A program made the position numbers and the translations under genes. A stretch of 63,634 bases of DNA, filler included, from Welwitschia mirabilis (taxonomy: Eukaryota), in NCBI GenBank assembly GCA_051453625.1. It is 5 parts of one record of this genome, joined end to end, with 100 filler letters (N's around TTAATTAATTAA, not from the genome) between each part and the next. Parts side by side here need not be neighbours in the genome. Positions count along the whole stretch, not along the records: positions 49,653 to 63,634 come from JBOZIK010000001.1; 4 more parts are not named here. The stretch is one strand, 5' to 3'. The notes beneath the pieces are model-generated. The model was not told the DNA's origin, ran no database searches, and saw nothing but the letters and a program-made list of their open reading frames with translations. Of the stretch, positions 62,970-63,634 are shown one piece after another; position 1 is the first letter of the stretch; each line of letters begins with the position of its first letter.

Positions 62970-63634
62970 TCACTTACGGGTCTCAAGACAAAATAAATTC
63001 TGAGCATTAAAAACTTTTCAAGTTCATTTACCCTATTGAGGAGTTGACCAAACTTTCAAGGGGTCAACTGCACCTTAAGTAGACACTCAGAAAATAAACT
63101 CAATTTAGAAGAGTTAACCAGATTTCTAATGGGGTTAACTAGATCTATAACCTTGAGAACTAGTCTTCTTTAACCAAATGGCAAGGGTTTGACTAGAGCT
63201 TGACTAGATTTAAGGACCTAATAAATAGTATCCCTTAACTAAATGAAAAGGGATCGACCGGATCTATGATGGAGTCAACCAGATCTATGAACCAAAGAAT
63301 AGTACTCCTGAATTGATTTTCAAGGGGTTGACTAGACCTATGTTGAGATTGATTGGAGCTAAGAATTATGTAAGCTAATACTCTTAAGACAATTAAGATT
63401 GACTGGACATCTAAAGGAGTCATCTAGACATGATGCTAAAAATTGAAAATATCTCTATTAGAATAAGTAGATGACCAGATTCAATAGTGGGTGACTAGTC
63501 TAGTATCAACTAGACCCAAATGAGGTTAACTGAACATGAAGCTATAAGAAATTGGAAAACTAATATTTTCACTTGGGCAACCTATGTAAGTTATGACATA
63601 AGATGGAATCAACTGAACTTTTGAGGGATCAACC
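62970..63634 (+). repeat. continuation of the interrupted Sirevirus-type LTR
   Basis: Many ggggtcaact/gggatcgaccgga/ggggttgactaga motifs like those at 11800-12190 and 20890-21280. Confidence 0.8.

Overview
This is AT-rich, gap-riddled plant nuclear DNA made almost entirely of degenerate retrotransposons. I found no intact host gene, RNA gene or CRISPR array. Four artificial 100-bp spacers (44N-TTAATTAATTAA-44N) show the window is five concatenated scaffolds (1-21928, 22029-29013, 29114-42477, 42578-49552, 49653-63634), so adjacency across spacers is not biological. Contents: Ty1/copia fragments, a decayed LINE with Tx1-like RT motifs, a near-full Sirevirus-type copia with an env-like ORF, adjacent L1 LINEs, and several Athila-like gypsy pieces. 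The best-resolved object is a complete ~13-kb chromovirus (Tekay/Del-like) element at 49998-62964. It has an ATTAA target-site duplication and sits inside a Sirevirus LTR. Its LTRs look composite (internal relic LTR start, LTR end and PBS) and carry an array of hairpin-forming 24-26-mers. Its internal region lacks recognisable gag-pol apart from a chromodomain relic. A conserved, possibly structured block with compensatory-looking changes occurs in the 3' non-coding region of two Athila-like elements. All translations and alignments were done by eye.
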